Origin: Bacilli bacterium
GTDB taxonomy: Bacteria > Bacillota_I > Bacilli_A > RFN20 > CAG-826
Reading direction: 5' to 3'
DNA: 64,000 bases
NCBI GenBank assembly: GCA_041669265.1
Contig: JBAYBM010000003.1
Location: 14,103 to 78,102, forward strand
Shown here: one piece after another, positions 28,426 to 40,372 of the stretch
How the letters are laid out: the number at the start of each line of letters is the position of its first letter
Position numbering within the stretch: position 1 is the first letter of the stretch
Translations under genes and position numbers: made by a program
The notes under the pieces: generated by a model
The model's database searches: none
The model's input: only the letters and a program-made list of their open reading frames with translations
What the model was told of the DNA's origin: nothing

Positions 28426-28539
28426 TTAACCTTGTCTTTGCTTATGCTTTGGGTTGCTGCAAATAACATATAATTTACCATGTCTTTTGACAACTTTGCA
28501 TTTATCGCAAATTGGTTTAACTGAAGATCTTACTTTCAT
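28426..28539 (-). CDS. rpmJ: 50S ribosomal protein L36 (37 aa; below the ORF-track length cutoff)
   Basis: Hand translation of the minus strand: [37 protein letters not shown]. Confidence 0.85.
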   Translation of the reverse strand: MKVRSSVKPICDKCKVVKRHGKLYVICSNPKHKQRQG

Positions 28540-28566
28540 CTTCTTTTCCTCCTAAATAATAGACAA

Positions 28567-28785
28567 TTACTTATGTCTAAACACAATTCGGCCATTGTTT
28601 AAATCATAAGGTGAAAGTTCGATAGTAACTCTATCGCCTGGTAAAATGCGAATGTAGTGCATACGGATTTTACCAGAAACAGTGGCATGAATTACAACAT
28701 CGTTCTCAAGTTTTACCTTAAAATTACAATTAGGTAAACTTTCAACAACTTCCGCCTCGACGGTAATAACATCTTGTTTCGCCAT
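28567..28785 (-). CDS. infA: Translation initiation factor IF-1
   Basis: [53 protein letters not shown]. Confidence 0.95.
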   Translation of the reverse strand: MAKQDVITVEAEVVESLPNCNFKVKLENDVVIHATVSGKIRMHYIRILPGDRVTIELSPYDLNNGRIVFRHK

Positions 28786-28788
28786 TCT

Positions 28789-29544
28789 TTACTCCTTTTT
28801 TAAAGTAATAATTTCGTTGCCTGTTTTGGTGACTACGACCGTATTTTCGTAGTGGCAACATAATTTGCCATCTTTTGTTTTCACAGTCCAACCATCATCT
28901 AGCGTAATTAAATCAACCTTACCACTATTGACCATTGGTTCGATAGCAATGCTCATACCTTCGCGTAAGATAATTCCAGTTCCTGCTTTACCTACATTAG
29001 GTACATAAGGATCTTCGTGGACTTCCTTACCAACTCCATGACCAGTATATAACTCCGTTAGAGTATATCCTTGATCTTTGGCAGTACGTTCTATTTCGTG
29101 AGAGATATCTCCTAAATGAACGCCAGGTTTAACAAGTTTAACAGCATTGAAGAAACATTCTTCGGTAGTATCAATTAATCTTTGAGCTTCTTCACTTATT
29201 TTACCTACGCCATAAGTTCTGGTGGCATCAGCAACATATCCGTGTTTTGTACACATACAATCGTAACTAACAATATCACCTTCTTTTAAGATAATCTTAT
29301 TAGATCCAATCCCATGTATTAAAGTATCATTAACAGAGATACAAATACTACCTGGATAACCTTCATAACCTTTACTAGATGGATATCCTCCTTTAGAGAG
29401 AATAAATCTATTAGCAATTTTATCAAGTTCCTTAGTAGTTTTTCCTGGAACAGTATTTTCTTTTAAAACATCAAATAATTCGATTAATACTTCTCCAGCT
29501 TCCTTCATAAGAGCAATTTCTCGAGGAGATTTAACAATAATCAT
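28789..29544 (-). CDS. map: Methionine aminopeptidase type I
   Basis: 251 aa; metal-binding residues in YVADATRTY / HGVGKEVHE / EPMVN contexts. Confidence 0.9.
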   Translation of the reverse strand: MIIVKSPREIALMKEAGEVLIELFDVLKENTVPGKTTKELDKIANRFILSKGGYPSSKGYEGYPGSICISVNDTLIHGIGSNKIILKEGDIVSYDCMCTKHGYVADATRTYGVGKISEEAQRLIDTTEECFFNAVKLVKPGVHLGDISHEIERTAKDQGYTLTELYTGHGVGKEVHEDPYVPNVGKAGTGIILREGMSIAIEPMVNSGKVDLITLDDGWTVKTKDGKLCCHYENTVVVTKTGNEIITLKKE

Positions 29545-29548
29545 TAAC

Positions 29549-30193
29549 TTATCCTACGATAGTTTTAATCTTATTTAGTAATTCTTCTAAACCGATTGTT
29601 CCATCTACCGTGTGTAACAAACCAAGTTTAGTATAGAAATCAATGAGTGGCATAGTTTGATGATGATACGCATCTAAACGTGTTTTTAAAGTTTCTTCAT
29701 TGTCATCTTTTCTTTGAATCAACTCTCCTCCACATAAATCACATTTACCTTCTACTTTTGGTGGAAGATTTTTAACGTGATATGGAGCACCACACACTTT
29801 ACAAACACGACGTCCACAGATTCTGTCTTTAAGGACAGATTCTGGAACATCAATATTTATAACAAATTTAACTGGACGATTAAGATCTTTACCAATTTCC
29901 TCTAAAGCTTCAGCTTGTGCTAAAGTTCTAGGAAAACCATCAAGAAGATAACCATCTTTACAATCGTCCTTATTAAGTCTTTCCTTAACAAGCCCAATTG
30001 TAACTGAATCAGGTACTAATTTTCCCTGTTCAATATAAGAAGAAGCTTCAACTCCTAATAGAGTCTTTTCTTTAATAGCTTCTCTAAACATGTCTCCGGT
30101 TGAGATATGAGGAATCTTATATAAAGCGACAATTCGCTTTGCATTAGTTCCTTTACCAGCTCCTGGAGCACCTAATAATATAATTGATTTCAT
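29549..30193 (-). CDS. adk: Adenylate kinase (with Zn-binding LID, CxxC...CxxC)
   Basis: [17 protein letters not shown]-loop; [10 protein letters not shown]...CDLCGG. Confidence 0.95.
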   Translation of the reverse strand: MKSIILLGAPGAGKGTNAKRIVALYKIPHISTGDMFREAIKEKTLLGVEASSYIEQGKLVPDSVTIGLVKERLNKDDCKDGYLLDGFPRTLAQAEALEEIGKDLNRPVKFVINIDVPESVLKDRICGRRVCKVCGAPYHVKNLPPKVEGKCDLCGGELIQRKDDNEETLKTRLDAYHHQTMPLIDFYTKLGLLHTVDGTIGLEELLNKIKTIVG

Positions 30194-30198
30194 AATTA

Positions 30199-31557
30199 TT
30201 ACATACCTCCAATAACTTCATCATAACTCTTACCAGCAACAAGACCATCAATTTGGTTCCCGATTTCAAGAGCAACACCGACAACAATGATTAAACCTGT
30301 TCCACCAATTGCAAGAGAAGTATCGTCTCCGAATGCTCCACTTAAAGTTAATACAGCAGGTAAAGCACAAATAAATGCTAAAGCCATTGCTCCGATAAAG
30401 GTTACTCTATTTAAAACCTTACGAACGTATCTTTCAGTCTCATTACCTGGACGAATTCCTGGTATATAACTTCCATTCTTCTGGAAGTCATCAGCCATTC
30501 TTTCAGGGTTAATTTGTAAATTAGCATAGAAATATGTGAAGGCTATAACAAGGGTAATATAGATTATAAGTCCCCAAGGGAAATATATTGCATTACCATT
30601 ACTTGTTCCCATATACGTAAATTTAGAATATTGGAATATATTTAGCCATTCTGCATTAGCAGCATCAGTACTAATGAAAGAAGCAATAATAGAAGGAACC
30701 ATCATAATAGAATTAGCGAAGATAACAGGAATAACTCCAGCGCTATTTACCTTAATAGGTAAGAAGCTTGCTTTTGATATTTTCTCACTACCACCACTTT
30801 TACTACTATGTTGAACAGGTATCTTTCTTTTACTTAATTCAACAAATACAACGAATGCGATAATTGCTGCAAACGCTAGTATATATAATATGAATCGGAA
30901 TACACCTAAACTTGCTTCATTACTACCTAGATTCCAAGAATTTAAGATCCATTTTTGGAAAGCTGTAGTAATTTGATTTGGTAAACTAACAACAATACCA
31001 GCAAAGATAATAACAGATATACCATTACCAATACCTTTGGTAGTTATTTGATCTCCTAGCCACATAACAAGCATACTTCCACCAACCATGATCGTAACTA
31101 AATAAGCATAAGTTAAGAAATCATCTGGTAAAGTAATTGTAATCCAACTAGTATTTTTAGCAGTTTGAATAATTCCATAAGCTTGAACAGCTCCTAACAT
31201 CAAAGCAAGATATCTAGTAGCCATTTCAATCTTTTTTCGACCGTATTGTCCTTGTTTATTTAATTCAGTTAAAGCAGGAAGAACATCCATACTTAATAAT
31301 TGAATAATAATTTGGGACGTAATATAAGGTCCGACACCTAACGCAAATATCGAGAAATTTTGTAAGGCGCCACCACCTAGTAAGTTCATCATACTTAGGA
31401 TGTTGTTGGAGGAATTAAGTTCATCTTGAAGTGAACTTGCATCGACTCCTGGAACAGTGATTGCTGCTCCTATTCTAAAGACAAATAAAATCATAATCGT
31501 AAAGAATATACGATTAACAACTTCTTTGTTTTTGAATGCCGCAATAAACTTTCTCAT
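30199..31557 (-). CDS. secY: Preprotein translocase subunit SecY
   Basis: 452 aa, 10 TM; [18 protein letters not shown] signature. Confidence 0.95.
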   Translation of the reverse strand: MRKFIAAFKNKEVVNRIFFTIMILFVFRIGAAITVPGVDASSLQDELNSSNNILSMMNLLGGGALQNFSIFALGVGPYITSQIIIQLLSMDVLPALTELNKQGQYGRKKIEMATRYLALMLGAVQAYGIIQTAKNTSWITITLPDDFLTYAYLVTIMVGGSMLVMWLGDQITTKGIGNGISVIIFAGIVVSLPNQITTAFQKWILNSWNLGSNEASLGVFRFILYILAFAAIIAFVVFVELSKRKIPVQHSSKSGGSEKISKASFLPIKVNSAGVIPVIFANSIMMVPSIIASFISTDAANAEWLNIFQYSKFTYMGTSNGNAIYFPWGLIIYITLVIAFTYFYANLQINPERMADDFQKNGSYIPGIRPGNETERYVRKVLNRVTFIGAMALAFICALPAVLTLSGAFGDDTSLAIGGTGLIIVVGVALEIGNQIDGLVAGKSYDEVIGGM

Positions 31558-31598
31558 TAAAAATACACCTATCTTAAAAGTATAAAGTATTTCTAATA

Positions 31599-32039
31599 TT
31601 ATTCAATAACTTCTACTTTTCCGCCGGCTTTTTCAATGGCAGATTTAGCAGAAGCACTGAACTTATTTGCTTTAACGGTTAATTTCTTAGATAAAGTACC
31701 TTCACCTAATATTTTTAATCCGTCATATTCTTTTTTAACTAATCCTTTTTCAATTAAAGTTGTGATATCAATAACGCTCTCGTCTTTAAATGTATTTAAA
31801 CTATCGATATTAACAATTGCGTATACGATATGTCCCTTATTGTGGAAACCTCTTTTTGGTAATCTACGATTAAATGGTAATTGTCCACCTTCAAATCCTA
31901 ATCTGATCAAACCAGTTCCTCTAGACTTTTGTCCTTTGTTACCAGTTCCACCATTCTTACCAAGGCCGCTTCCAAGACCTCTACAACGTCTTCTTTTTTC
32001 GAATTTACTTCCAGAAGCAGGTTTTAAGTTATTTAACAT
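31599..32039 (-). CDS. rplO: 50S ribosomal protein L15 (likely start MLNNLKP; the ORF-track start at 32057 overlaps rpsE)
   Basis: [31 protein letters not shown]. Confidence 0.9.
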   Translation of the reverse strand: MLNNLKPASGSKFEKRRRCRGLGSGLGKNGGTGNKGQKSRGTGLIRLGFEGGQLPFNRRLPKRGFHNKGHIVYAIVNIDSLNTFKDESVIDITTLIEKGLVKKEYDGLKILGEGTLSKKLTVKANKFSASAKSAIEKAGGKVEVIE

Positions 32040-32670
32040 CGCTATTTCCTCCTTCAAGTCCTCTTAAAGCTTTGACAGTTTGATAATCTTTTAAGCTATC
32101 AAGAGCAGCAGCTGTTGCTCTAATAACGTTAATAGCAGTTCTACTACCATAAACTTTACTACGGACATTTTTAATACCACTGAGTTCAAGAATTGCTCTA
32201 ACTGGACCACCAGCGACAATTCCAGTTCCTTCAGGTGCTGGTTTTAAGAAGACTTTTGTAGCTCCAAAAATTCCAACAACTTCATGGGCAATTGATTCAG
32301 CTTTGACAACTTTAACGAACTTAATATTACGTTTAGCTCTTTCAACAGCTTTCTTAATTGCATCTGGGACTTCACCACTTTTACCAGTAGCAAAACCATA
32401 TTTACCTTTATAATTACCAACAACGACAAGGGCAGCAAACTTCATTCTCTTACCACCTTTGACAACTTTGGTAACTCTATTGATAGTTACGACTTTTTCT
32501 TCATATTCTTTAACTTCAACTCTACGTGGACCGCGGAAATTACGTTTAAAATTCTTATTAAATGGACGTTTTCCACCTTTGTTATCATTATTTTCTACTG
32601 GAGCATCAGCTTTTGGGGCTGCTTCAACTTGTGTCTTTGTTTCTTCAACAACTTTATTTTCGTTTTCCAT
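32029..32670 (-). CDS. rpsE: 30S ribosomal protein S5 with a ~50-aa N-terminal low-complexity extension
   Basis: [24 protein letters not shown]...[19 protein letters not shown]. Confidence 0.9.
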   Translation of the reverse strand: MENENKVVEETKTQVEAAPKADAPVENNDNKGGKRPFNKNFKRNFRGPRRVEVKEYEEKVVTINRVTKVVKGGKRMKFAALVVVGNYKGKYGFATGKSGEVPDAIKKAVERAKRNIKFVKVVKAESIAHEVVGIFGATKVFLKPAPEGTGIVAGGPVRAILELSGIKNVRSKVYGSRTAINVIRATAAALDSLKDYQTVKALRGLEGGNSDVK

Positions 32671-32680
32671 AAGTTACTCC

Positions 32681-33037
32681 TTAGAATTTGAGTCCATTTT
32701 TTCTTGCTTCATCAGCAAGAGCTTGGACTCTACCATGATATAAATACCCAGCACGATCAAATACTACAGTATCGATCTTCTTTGCTAAGCACTTTTTAGC
32801 AATATCAGCACCAACTAATTTAGCACCTTCAATATTGTTACCATTTTTAATTTTTAAACTTTCACTGCTTGATGAAACTAAAGTAACACCCTTAACATCG
32901 TCGATTACTTGAACAGCAATGTTCTTGTTGGATCTATAAACGCATAATCTTGGGCATTCAGGAGTTCCACTGATTTTAGCACGAACACGTAAATGTTTTC
33001 TTTCTCTAACTAAACTCTTAGATTCTTTTTTAATCAT
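32681..33037 (-). CDS. rplR: 50S ribosomal protein L18
   Basis: [18 protein letters not shown]...[18 protein letters not shown]. Confidence 0.9.
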   Translation of the reverse strand: MIKKESKSLVRERKHLRVRAKISGTPECPRLCVYRSNKNIAVQVIDDVKGVTLVSSSSESLKIKNGNNIEGAKLVGADIAKKCLAKKIDTVVFDRAGYLYHGRVQALADEARKNGLKF

Positions 33038-33048
33038 AGTTTACTCCT

Positions 33049-33600
33049 TTACTTAGCCTTTGTAGCAGCAGCTCTCTTACCTTCTTTACGTAAGATATGC
33101 TCGCCTTTATACTTAACACCTTTACCACCATATGGTTCAGGTTTTCTTTGGGCACGAATTAAAGCGGCAACTTCACCAACTTTAAATTTATCGTTTCCAC
33201 TAATTTCAATATCAGTATCAGATGGGCACTTTAAGGTGACACCTTCTAATGGTGAAATTGTAATAGCATGAGAATAACCTAAATGAAGAACAATATCCTT
33301 ACCCTTCATATTAGCTTTAAAACCAATACCAACGATTTCAAGTTTCTTTACATAACCCTTAGAAACACCAACAATTGCGTTATTAATAAGAGCACGTGTA
33401 GTTCCATGGAGTTGTTTAGTATGTTTTTCTTCGTTTGCACGAGTACAAATTAATACTCCATTTTCATTCTTTACAGCGATACCAGCTGGGATAATGACTT
33501 TATCATCACCTAACTTACCTTTAATATCAACAGTATTACCATTAATACTAATAGTAACTCCTTCAGGGATTTGAATATGTTTATTTCCGATTCTTGACAT
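33049..33600 (-). CDS. rplF: 50S ribosomal protein L6 (likely start MSRIGNK)
   Basis: MSRIGNKHIQIPEGVTISINGNTVDIKGKLG. Confidence 0.9.
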   Translation of the reverse strand: MSRIGNKHIQIPEGVTISINGNTVDIKGKLGDDKVIIPAGIAVKNENGVLICTRANEEKHTKQLHGTTRALINNAIVGVSKGYVKKLEIVGIGFKANMKGKDIVLHLGYSHAITISPLEGVTLKCPSDTDIEISGNDKFKVGEVAALIRAQRKPEPYGGKGVKYKGEHILRKEGKRAAATKAK

Positions 33601-33611
33601 ATTGTTCCTCC

Positions 33612-34010
33612 TTACCAGATGTAGCAAACTACTTCGCCACCGACATTATTTAATCTACAACCTTTATCAGTTAATAAACCTTTTGATGTAGAGATAATGG
33701 CAATGCCCATTCCACCTAAAACGTGTGGAAGATGTTTGCTATCAACTGTAATTCTTAGACCTGGCTTAGAAATTCTTCTTAATCCAGAAATAACTTTTTC
33801 ACCATTTGGTCCGTATTTTAAGTTAACGACTAATTCTTTTTTATTGTTTTCATTTTTATTTTCCTTATATGAAGTAATAAAACCTTCACTAAGTAAAATC
33901 TTCGCAATACCAACCTTCATATTACTGGAAGGCATTTTTACTTCTACATAATGTAGAGCATTAGCATTACGAATTCTTGTAAGCATATCTGCTATTGGAT
34001 CTTGATGCAT
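33612..34010 (-). CDS. rpsH: 30S ribosomal protein S8
   Basis: DPIADMLTRIRNANALHYVEVKMPSS. Confidence 0.95.
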   Translation of the reverse strand: MHQDPIADMLTRIRNANALHYVEVKMPSSNMKVGIAKILLSEGFITSYKENKNENNKKELVVNLKYGPNGEKVISGLRRISKPGLRITVDSKHLPHVLGGMGIAIISTSKGLLTDKGCRLNNVGGEVVCYIW

Positions 34011-34029
34011 AACTATTTACCTCCCTTAA

Positions 34030-34215
34030 TTACCATGAAGATTTCTTCATACCTGGAATTTCACCCTTTAAGGCTAATTCTCTAAGGCATATTCTACAAA
34101 GTCCGAATTTTCCATAGTAGCCGCGAGGACGTCCACATCTTTTACATCTATGATATTCTCTGACTTTAAATTTTTGTGGTCTATCACATTTGACCTTTAA
34201 ACTTGTTTTTGCCAT
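34030..34215 (-). CDS. rpsN: 30S ribosomal protein S14 type Z (Zn-binding, 61 aa)
   Basis: [35 protein letters not shown]. Confidence 0.9.
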   Translation of the reverse strand: MAKTSLKVKCDRPQKFKVREYHRCKRCGRPRGYYGKFGLCRICLRELALKGEIPGMKKSSW

Positions 34216-34229
34216 AATGTTTCTCCTCC

Positions 34230-34940
34230 TTATCTACTAAATGGCATACCTAATTCTTTAAGTAATGCATAAGCCTCTTCATCAGACTTAGCAGTAGTTA
34301 CGATTACGATATCCATTCCACGAACTTTACTAACTTTATCAAAGTTGATTTCTGGGAAAATTAATTGTTCCTTGATTCCAAGGGTATAATTTCCTCTTCC
34401 ATCAAAAGCATTTTTATTAACACCTCTAAAGTCTCTGACTCTAGGAAGTGAAATAGAAACTAACTTATCCATGAACTCATACATTCTGAGTCCTCTTAAA
34501 GTTACTTTACAACCAATTGCTTGTCCTTCTCTTAATTTGAAAGTAGCAATTGATTTCTTTGCTTTTGTAATAACAGGATGTTGACCAGTTATAACAGCTA
34601 ACTCTTCTACAGCTTCATCTAATCTCTTAGAATCAACAGTAGCATCACCAACACCAATGTTAATAACAATCTTCTCTAACTTTGGAACATTCATAATTGA
34701 TTTGTATTCAAATTTCTTCATTAATGTTTCTTTAATCTCTTTATTGTATCTATCAAGTAAACGATTATGATTTACTGCATCTTTACTACCAGTACCTTTT
34801 GTTGTTTCAGCTTTCTTAGTAGCTTCAGCTTTTTTAGGAGCCTCTACTTTTTTAGGAGCTGCAACTTTTTTGGTTTCAACTGGAGTAGCTTCTTTCGAAG
34901 TTGCAACTTTTTTGGTTGTAGTTTTCTTTGCTTCTGCCAT
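34230..34940 (-). CDS. rplE: 50S ribosomal protein L5 with a ~55-aa K/A/E/T-rich N-terminal extension
   Basis: [28 protein letters not shown]...; extension [43 protein letters not shown]. Confidence 0.9.
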   Translation of the reverse strand: MAEAKKTTTKKVATSKEATPVETKKVAAPKKVEAPKKAEATKKAETTKGTGSKDAVNHNRLLDRYNKEIKETLMKKFEYKSIMNVPKLEKIVINIGVGDATVDSKRLDEAVEELAVITGQHPVITKAKKSIATFKLREGQAIGCKVTLRGLRMYEFMDKLVSISLPRVRDFRGVNKNAFDGRGNYTLGIKEQLIFPEINFDKVSKVRGMDIVIVTTAKSDEEAYALLKELGMPFSR

Positions 34941-34951
34941 AATTTTCTCCT

Positions 34952-35266
34952 TTACTTAATTTCTTGTTTGCTTTTTTTAGCAACTCTAATCTTTTTACCA
35001 GTTTTAGTATCAACTTTATATCCTAATCTAGTTCCCTTTTTGGTTTTAGTATCATAGTACATAACCTTACAAGAAGCGATTGGAGCATAAATTTCTTGAA
35101 TGCCACCTTCTGGGTTGTTTTGGGTTGGTTTTAAATGTTTCTTACGAATATTAACACCTTCCACAACAACTTTATTTAATTTAGGATAAACTCTTTGAAC
35201 GATACCAGTTTTTCCTTTATCTTTTCCAGATATAACGATAACTTTATCACCTTTTAAAATTTTCAT
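34952..35266 (-). CDS. rplX: 50S ribosomal protein L24
   Basis: [26 protein letters not shown]. Confidence 0.9.
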   Translation of the reverse strand: MKILKGDKVIVISGKDKGKTGIVQRVYPKLNKVVVEGVNIRKKHLKPTQNNPEGGIQEIYAPIASCKVMYYDTKTKKGTRLGYKVDTKTGKKIRVAKKSKQEIK

Positions 35267-35277
35267 AGTTTATCTCC

Positions 35278-35652
35278 TTATAAAACTTCAGTAGCAAGAG
35301 AGATGATTTTCATATAGGTATCTCCCTTTTCACGTAACTCACGAGCAACAGGTCCAAAGACACGTGTTCCTACAGGAGTTTTATCTTCGTTGATAATAAC
35401 GCAAGCATTATCATCAAACTTAATAACTGATCCATCTTTTCTTTGGATTGGATAAGCAGTACGAACTATAACTGCTTTTACAATATCACTCTTCTTTACT
35501 TTACCATTTGGCATAGCATCCTTGACGGCACAAAGAACAATATCACCAACTCCACAGCTTTTACGATGGCTTCCACCATATAATCTAAATACTCTAACAA
35601 TACGAGCACCAGAGTTATCAGCAACTACAAGATTTGTTTCGGTTTGAACCAT
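35278..35652 (-). CDS. rplN: 50S ribosomal protein L14
   Basis: [39 protein letters not shown]. Confidence 0.95.
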   Translation of the reverse strand: MVQTETNLVVADNSGARIVRVFRLYGGSHRKSCGVGDIVLCAVKDAMPNGKVKKSDIVKAVIVRTAYPIQRKDGSVIKFDDNACVIINEDKTPVGTRVFGPVARELREKGDTYMKIISLATEVL

Positions 35653-35654
35653 AA

Positions 35655-36038
35655 TTACTTTTCCTCCTTGTGTTCTTCTTCTTTAACTTCAGGAGTTTCA
35701 GTTACTTCTACTTTAGCTTTAGCTTTTTTTTCTTCTTTATCTTCATGAAGAACTTCTTCTAAAACTTTTTCTTCAGCAACCTTAACTTCTTCAAGAGCTT
35801 TCTTATCAATACTAATTAATCTAAATCTCTTTAAGTGTGATAATGGTCTGCATTCTTCGATGGTAACTAAATCACCAACATTTGCTTCATTCTTATCATC
35901 TTGAGCATAGAATTTCTTACGATATTGAACTCTCTTTTGATATTTAGCGTGTTTCTTATAGGTTTCGTTAACGACAACAATAGTTTTATCGTTCTTATTT
36001 GATACGACTGTACCTTGAATTTGTTTCTTGTTATTCAT
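35655..36038 (-). CDS. rpsQ: 30S ribosomal protein S17 with an E/K-rich C-terminal extension
   Basis: [60 protein letters not shown]. Confidence 0.9.
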   Translation of the reverse strand: MNNKKQIQGTVVSNKNDKTIVVVNETYKKHAKYQKRVQYRKKFYAQDDKNEANVGDLVTIEECRPLSHLKRFRLISIDKKALEEVKVAEEKVLEEVLHEDKEEKKAKAKVEVTETPEVKEEEHKEEK

Positions 36039-36051
36039 ACTTAACTACCTC

Positions 36052-36249
36052 CTATTTAATTCCCATTTCACGTTCTTTAAGAACGGTATACATTCTAGCG
36101 ATATCTTTTCTAACTCTTTTGATTTCACTAGCTTGTTCTAATTGACCAACAGCTTTTTTTCTACGAAGATTGAATAATTGTTCCTTTAAGGAGTAAATAT
36201 TCTTATTGATATCTTCAATAGATAATTTTCTAACTTCTTCTATCTTCAT
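36052..36249 (-). CDS. rpmC: 50S ribosomal protein L29
   Basis: MKIEEVRKLSIEDINKNIYSLKEQLFNLRRKKAVGQLE. Confidence 0.9.
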   Translation of the reverse strand: MKIEEVRKLSIEDINKNIYSLKEQLFNLRRKKAVGQLEQASEIKRVRKDIARMYTVLKEREMGIK

Positions 36250-36251
36250 AA

Positions 36252-36677
36252 TTACTTACCACCTTTCTCAGGAACTTTCTTGATGATTCTTGTTTTAACA
36301 TCAAGCTTATATCCACATTGATGTAAGGCTTCCATCGCATCAGCTTCTGGAACTCCACCAATTTCAAATAAGACTCTATTCTTCTTAACAACTGCTACCC
36401 AGTATTCTGGATTTCCTTTACCAGAACCCATACGTACTTCAGCTGGTTTCTTAGTTTTTGCTAAGTGTGGGAAAACTCTAATCCAGACTTTTCCTTGTTT
36501 CTTGGTGTATCTACTTAAGACAACACGGCAAGCTTCGAGTTGACGATCACTTACCCAATTTCCTGTAGTGGCTTGGAGACCATATTCACCAAAGCTAATT
36601 TCATTACCAGCTTTGCTTAAGCCTTCATATTTAATAATATGAGGTCTTCTATATTTAACTCTTTTTGGTTGTAACAT
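36252..36677 (-). CDS. rplP: 50S ribosomal protein L16
   Basis: MLQPKRVKYRRPHIIKYEGLSKAGNEISFGEYGLQA. Confidence 0.95.
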   Translation of the reverse strand: MLQPKRVKYRRPHIIKYEGLSKAGNEISFGEYGLQATTGNWVSDRQLEACRVVLSRYTKKQGKVWIRVFPHLAKTKKPAEVRMGSGKGNPEYWVAVVKKNRVLFEIGGVPEADAMEALHQCGYKLDVKTRIIKKVPEKGGK

Positions 36678-36680
36678 AGT

Positions 36681-37517
36681 TTATTCTCCTTCCTTAGCAC
36701 CCTTAACTTCGTCATTTGCTTTAGGAGCAACATTAGCGTTGTTTCTATTGCCGCGTGGATTATAACTTCCATTACGACGATCATTACGGTGGAAATCTCT
36801 ACGATCACCACGACGATCATTACGATTATCGTTAGTGCGTGGGTTATCTCTATCATCTTCTTTAAAATTACCAATTGCTTTCTCACCACGGCAAATCCAG
36901 ACTTTAACGCCTAATCTACCATAAGTAGTACTTGCTTCACTACAAGCATAATCAATATCACTTACGAGAGTATTGATAGCCATAGTTCCTTCTTTATAGC
37001 CTTCAGCACGAGCAATTTCAGCTCCACCTAAACGACCACCAACTTTAGTTTTACAACCTTTTGCACCAGCTTTTCTAACGCCCATTAAAGCTTTCTTTTG
37101 AGCGATACGGAAACTTGCACGTTCCTCGAGTTGTTTAGCGATTTGTTCGCTGACAATCTTTGCATCGAGGTTTGGTTGTTTGACTTCGATAATGTTTAAT
37201 TTAACTAAATCAGTCTTACATAATTTTTGTAAACCTTGAGTTAAAACTTTGACATTAGCGCCGTTCTCACCAAGTACCATACCTGGACGAGCAACGAAAG
37301 CCATAACAGTAATTACATAACCTTTATCAGATTTCTTTCTTTCGATTTCAATGTGAGAAAGGAATGCATTACGATCAATCTTAGTATTTAAATATTTACG
37401 AATTTTACCATCTTCATCAAGGAATTTAGCAAAATCTTTATTACCAGCAAACCATCTAGAATTCCAATCTTTATTGATACCAATTCTCATTCCAACTGGA
37501 TTAACTTTTTGTGCCAT
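36681..37517 (-). CDS. rpsC: 30S ribosomal protein S3 with an R/D/N-rich C-terminal extension
   Basis: MAQKVNPVGMRIGINKDWNSRWFA...; tail DDRDNPRTNDNRNDRRGDRRDFHRNDRRNGSYNPRGNRNN. Confidence 0.95.
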   Translation of the reverse strand: MAQKVNPVGMRIGINKDWNSRWFAGNKDFAKFLDEDGKIRKYLNTKIDRNAFLSHIEIERKKSDKGYVITVMAFVARPGMVLGENGANVKVLTQGLQKLCKTDLVKLNIIEVKQPNLDAKIVSEQIAKQLEERASFRIAQKKALMGVRKAGAKGCKTKVGGRLGGAEIARAEGYKEGTMAINTLVSDIDYACSEASTTYGRLGVKVWICRGEKAIGNFKEDDRDNPRTNDNRNDRRGDRRDFHRNDRRNGSYNPRGNRNNANVAPKANDEVKGAKEGE

Positions 37518-37532
37518 ATTTTGCTCCTTTCC

Positions 37533-38099
37533 TTAAATCTTTTCTTTAACAGTAACAAATACGTTACTGAATCTCTTAACCATTCCACTAGCACTACCTT
37601 TAGCACGTGGTAAGAATCTTCTCATTTTGACACTATCACCTACTTGGATATTACTAATGAATAATTTATCTTCATTCATATTGAAGTTATTTGTTGCATT
37701 TGCCATAGCACTCTTTATAACCTTCATAACGATTCTTCCAGCATTTTGATGGGAGACGTTAGATAAGATTCCAAGAGCTTCTGTGCAATTCTTGCCACGA
37801 ACTAAATCAACAACTAATCTTAATTTACGTGGAGTAACTTTAACACTTAAAGATTTAGCACTTGCTTCAGTAACAGCTGGTTTAGCAGGTTTTGCTTCAA
37901 CTTTTTTGCTGTCCTTTTTAGCAGGAACTTTAACTTCAGTAGTCTTTTCAACTTCTTTAACTTCTTTTTTAGGAGCTTCCTTAACGTCAGCTTTCTTGGT
38001 TACTTTCTTAGCAACAGTCTTTTTTGGAGCAACTTCTTTTGAAGTAGTCTCTTTCTTAGCTGGAGCTTTTTTAGTAACTTTCTTTATTTCTTCTGCCAT
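37533..38099 (-). CDS. rplV: 50S ribosomal protein L22 with a ~75-aa K/E/A/V-rich N-terminal extension
   Basis: Core SAKSLSVKVTPRKLRLVVDLVRGKNCTEALGIL...; preceded by AEEIKKVTKKAPAKKETTSKEVAPKK... Confidence 0.9.
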   Translation of the reverse strand: MAEEIKKVTKKAPAKKETTSKEVAPKKTVAKKVTKKADVKEAPKKEVKEVEKTTEVKVPAKKDSKKVEAKPAKPAVTEASAKSLSVKVTPRKLRLVVDLVRGKNCTEALGILSNVSHQNAGRIVMKVIKSAMANATNNFNMNEDKLFISNIQVGDSVKMRRFLPRAKGSASGMVKRFSNVFVTVKEKI

Positions 38100-38110
38100 A
38101 AGTATTCCTC

Positions 38111-38488
38111 CTATTTCTTTTCTTCAGCAGTAGCTGCAGGGGCAGCGGCTGGTTTTGCAGCGGCTGGAGCAGCACCGGATGATGGTTTTACACCAGCAGC
38201 AGTCATTGCGGCAGCTTTATCTTCTGCGTTATTTCCGAAGTGGCCATGGAAGGTTCTTGTTGGAGCAAATTCTCCTAACTTATGACCGACCATATCACTT
38301 GTAACATATACTGTAATAAAGGTATGTCCGTTATAAACAGCAAAGGTATGTTCTACAAATTCTGGGAAAATTGTACTTCTTCTAGACCATGTTTTGATAA
38401 CTTGCTTTTTGCCAGATTTATCAACGGCTTGGACTTTCTTGACTAAATATTCATCAACGAATGGTCCCTTTTTTAAACTTCTTGACAT
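38111..38488 (-). CDS. rpsS: 30S ribosomal protein S19 with an A/P/K-rich C-terminal extension
   Basis: [21 protein letters not shown]...[16 protein letters not shown]; tail [20 protein letters not shown]. Confidence 0.95.
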   Translation of the reverse strand: MSRSLKKGPFVDEYLVKKVQAVDKSGKKQVIKTWSRRSTIFPEFVEHTFAVYNGHTFITVYVTSDMVGHKLGEFAPTRTFHGHFGNNAEDKAAAMTAAGVKPSSGAAPAAAKPAAAPAATAEEKK

Positions 38489-38509
38489 ATATTTTCTCCT
38501 TTCCCTTTA

Positions 38510-39343
38510 CTATTTATCATTAACTCTTCTAATAATTAACTTAGAAGAAGCTTTCTTGTGTTTACGAGTTTTAACACCAATTGCTCGTTTACCCCATGGG
38601 GTACGTGGTGCATCTCTACCAACAGGACATTTACCTTCACCACCACCGTGTGGGTGATCTGGTGGGTTCATTGCAGAACCTCTGACTGTTGGACGAACAC
38701 CTAACCATCTATTCTTTCCAGCTTTACCATAATTCATTAAGTTGAAATCTTCATTACCTACAACACCGATTGTGGCTTTGCAAGTTCCTAAGATCTTACG
38801 TGTTTCGCCAGATTGTAATCTAACAATTACATATTTTCCTTCTTTACCAAGGACTTGAGCGCTACATCCAGCAGCTCTACATAATTGTCCACCTTTATTT
38901 GGAGTTAATTCGACGTTATGAATTAATGTACCTTCAGGGATGTTAGAGAGTAACATACAATTACCAGTAACAACATCTGTAGTATCATTTGATATAATCT
39001 TATCGCCAACTTTTAATCCTTTTGGTTGAAGAATATAACGTTTTTCTCCATCTAAATAACTTATTAAAGCAATATAAGCATTTCTATTTGGATCGTACTC
39101 AATTGCAACGACTTTACCAACGACTCCATTTTTATCTCTTTTGAAATCGATGATTCTCCATTTTCTCTTGTTTCCTCCACCAATATGACGGCAAGTAATA
39201 ACACCTTGGTTATTTCTTCCACCAGTTTTCTTAAGGGAAACTAATAAAGATTTTTCAGGAGTAGACTTAGTGACTTCTTCAAAAGAGGCAGTAATCATTT
39301 CTCTTCTTGAAGGAGTATAAGGTTTATAACTTTTAATAGACAT
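38510..39343 (-). CDS. rplB: 50S ribosomal protein L2
   Basis: 277 aa; [15 protein letters not shown]...[16 protein letters not shown]. Confidence 0.95.
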   Translation of the reverse strand: MSIKSYKPYTPSRREMITASFEEVTKSTPEKSLLVSLKKTGGRNNQGVITCRHIGGGNKRKWRIIDFKRDKNGVVGKVVAIEYDPNRNAYIALISYLDGEKRYILQPKGLKVGDKIISNDTTDVVTGNCMLLSNIPEGTLIHNVELTPNKGGQLCRAAGCSAQVLGKEGKYVIVRLQSGETRKILGTCKATIGVVGNEDFNLMNYGKAGKNRWLGVRPTVRGSAMNPPDHPHGGGEGKCPVGRDAPRTPWGKRAIGVKTRKHKKASSKLIIRRVNDK

Positions 39344-39378
39344 ATTTTTTCTCCTATAATATATAGATAATAGCTTAT

Positions 39379-39735
39379 CTACTCTTTAAATAAGTCAACT
39401 ACTTCACCTTTTGCTAAGGTAACAATAGCTTTCTTATATCCAGAAATTACTCCATGATATTTACTACCACGAGTAGTATTCTTGCTTATAACGTTAATAA
39501 CAGAAACATTTATTACTTTTACGTTATATGCTCTACTAACAGCATTCTTAATTTGTGTTTTGTTAGCATTACTCTTAACTTTGAATGTAACTTTGTTATA
39601 TTCAGTTTGTGCACTGGTTGATTTTTCAGTGATAAGAGGTTCGATAATGCAATCGAAATCACTAATTGTAGCTTTAACACCGACTTTTTCTGTCTCAACT
39701 ACTTTTGTGTCTTTCTTTGTACTTTTTGTAGCCAT
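39379..39735 (-). CDS. rplW: 50S ribosomal protein L23 (with a short N-terminal extension)
   Basis: [39 protein letters not shown]. Confidence 0.9.
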   Translation of the reverse strand: MATKSTKKDTKVVETEKVGVKATISDFDCIIEPLITEKSTSAQTEYNKVTFKVKSNANKTQIKNAVSRAYNVKVINVSVINVISKNTTRGSKYHGVISGYKKAIVTLAKGEVVDLFKE

Positions 39736-40355
39736 TATTCAAGATCCTCCTCAATTTTCTTAACATCATCAACAGTTGTAATAACTTTCTTAACGTTTAA
39801 TAAATCGTAAACACTAACATTGCCAACGCTACGAATGATTACGTTAGTTAAGTTACCACTTCCTTGAATTACTTTTTCATCGCTTGTGATTAATAATAAT
39901 TTTTCACTTGCAGATTTAAGTGCTTCGAATACTTTAACCATTTCTTTAGTTTTTCCTGAAACTTTTAATGAATCAAGAACAACTAAATTCTTTACTTGAG
40001 TTGTATAGGCACTCTTAAGAGCTAAATCGTGTTCTTTCCTATTTTGTTTAATCTTATAGGATTGTTCACCAGTTGGTCCGAATACAATTCCACCACCAAC
40101 CCAAATTGGTGAAGTATTGCTTCCGGCTCTAGCTCTGCCAGTTCCTTTTTGTCTCCATGGTTTTTTACCACCACCAGAAACTTCATGTCTTTTCTTAGTT
40201 TTTGCAGTAGCTTGTCTTAAGTTAGATTGGTAACAAAGGACAGCATTGTACATAACTGATTCGTTAACTTTTACTCCAAATACATCTTTAGAGACCTTAA
40301 TAGTAGAAGTTTCAGAACCATCTTGTTTATATACTTTTAATGTTATATCAGCCAT
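39735..40355 (-). CDS. rplD: 50S ribosomal protein L4
   Basis: 206 aa; GGGKKPWRQKGTGRARAGS. Confidence 0.95.
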   Translation of the reverse strand: MADITLKVYKQDGSETSTIKVSKDVFGVKVNESVMYNAVLCYQSNLRQATAKTKKRHEVSGGGKKPWRQKGTGRARAGSNTSPIWVGGGIVFGPTGEQSYKIKQNRKEHDLALKSAYTTQVKNLVVLDSLKVSGKTKEMVKVFEALKSASEKLLLITSDEKVIQGSGNLTNVIIRSVGNVSVYDLLNVKKVITTVDDVKKIEEDLE

Positions 40356-40372
40356 AATAATTCTCCTTTCTA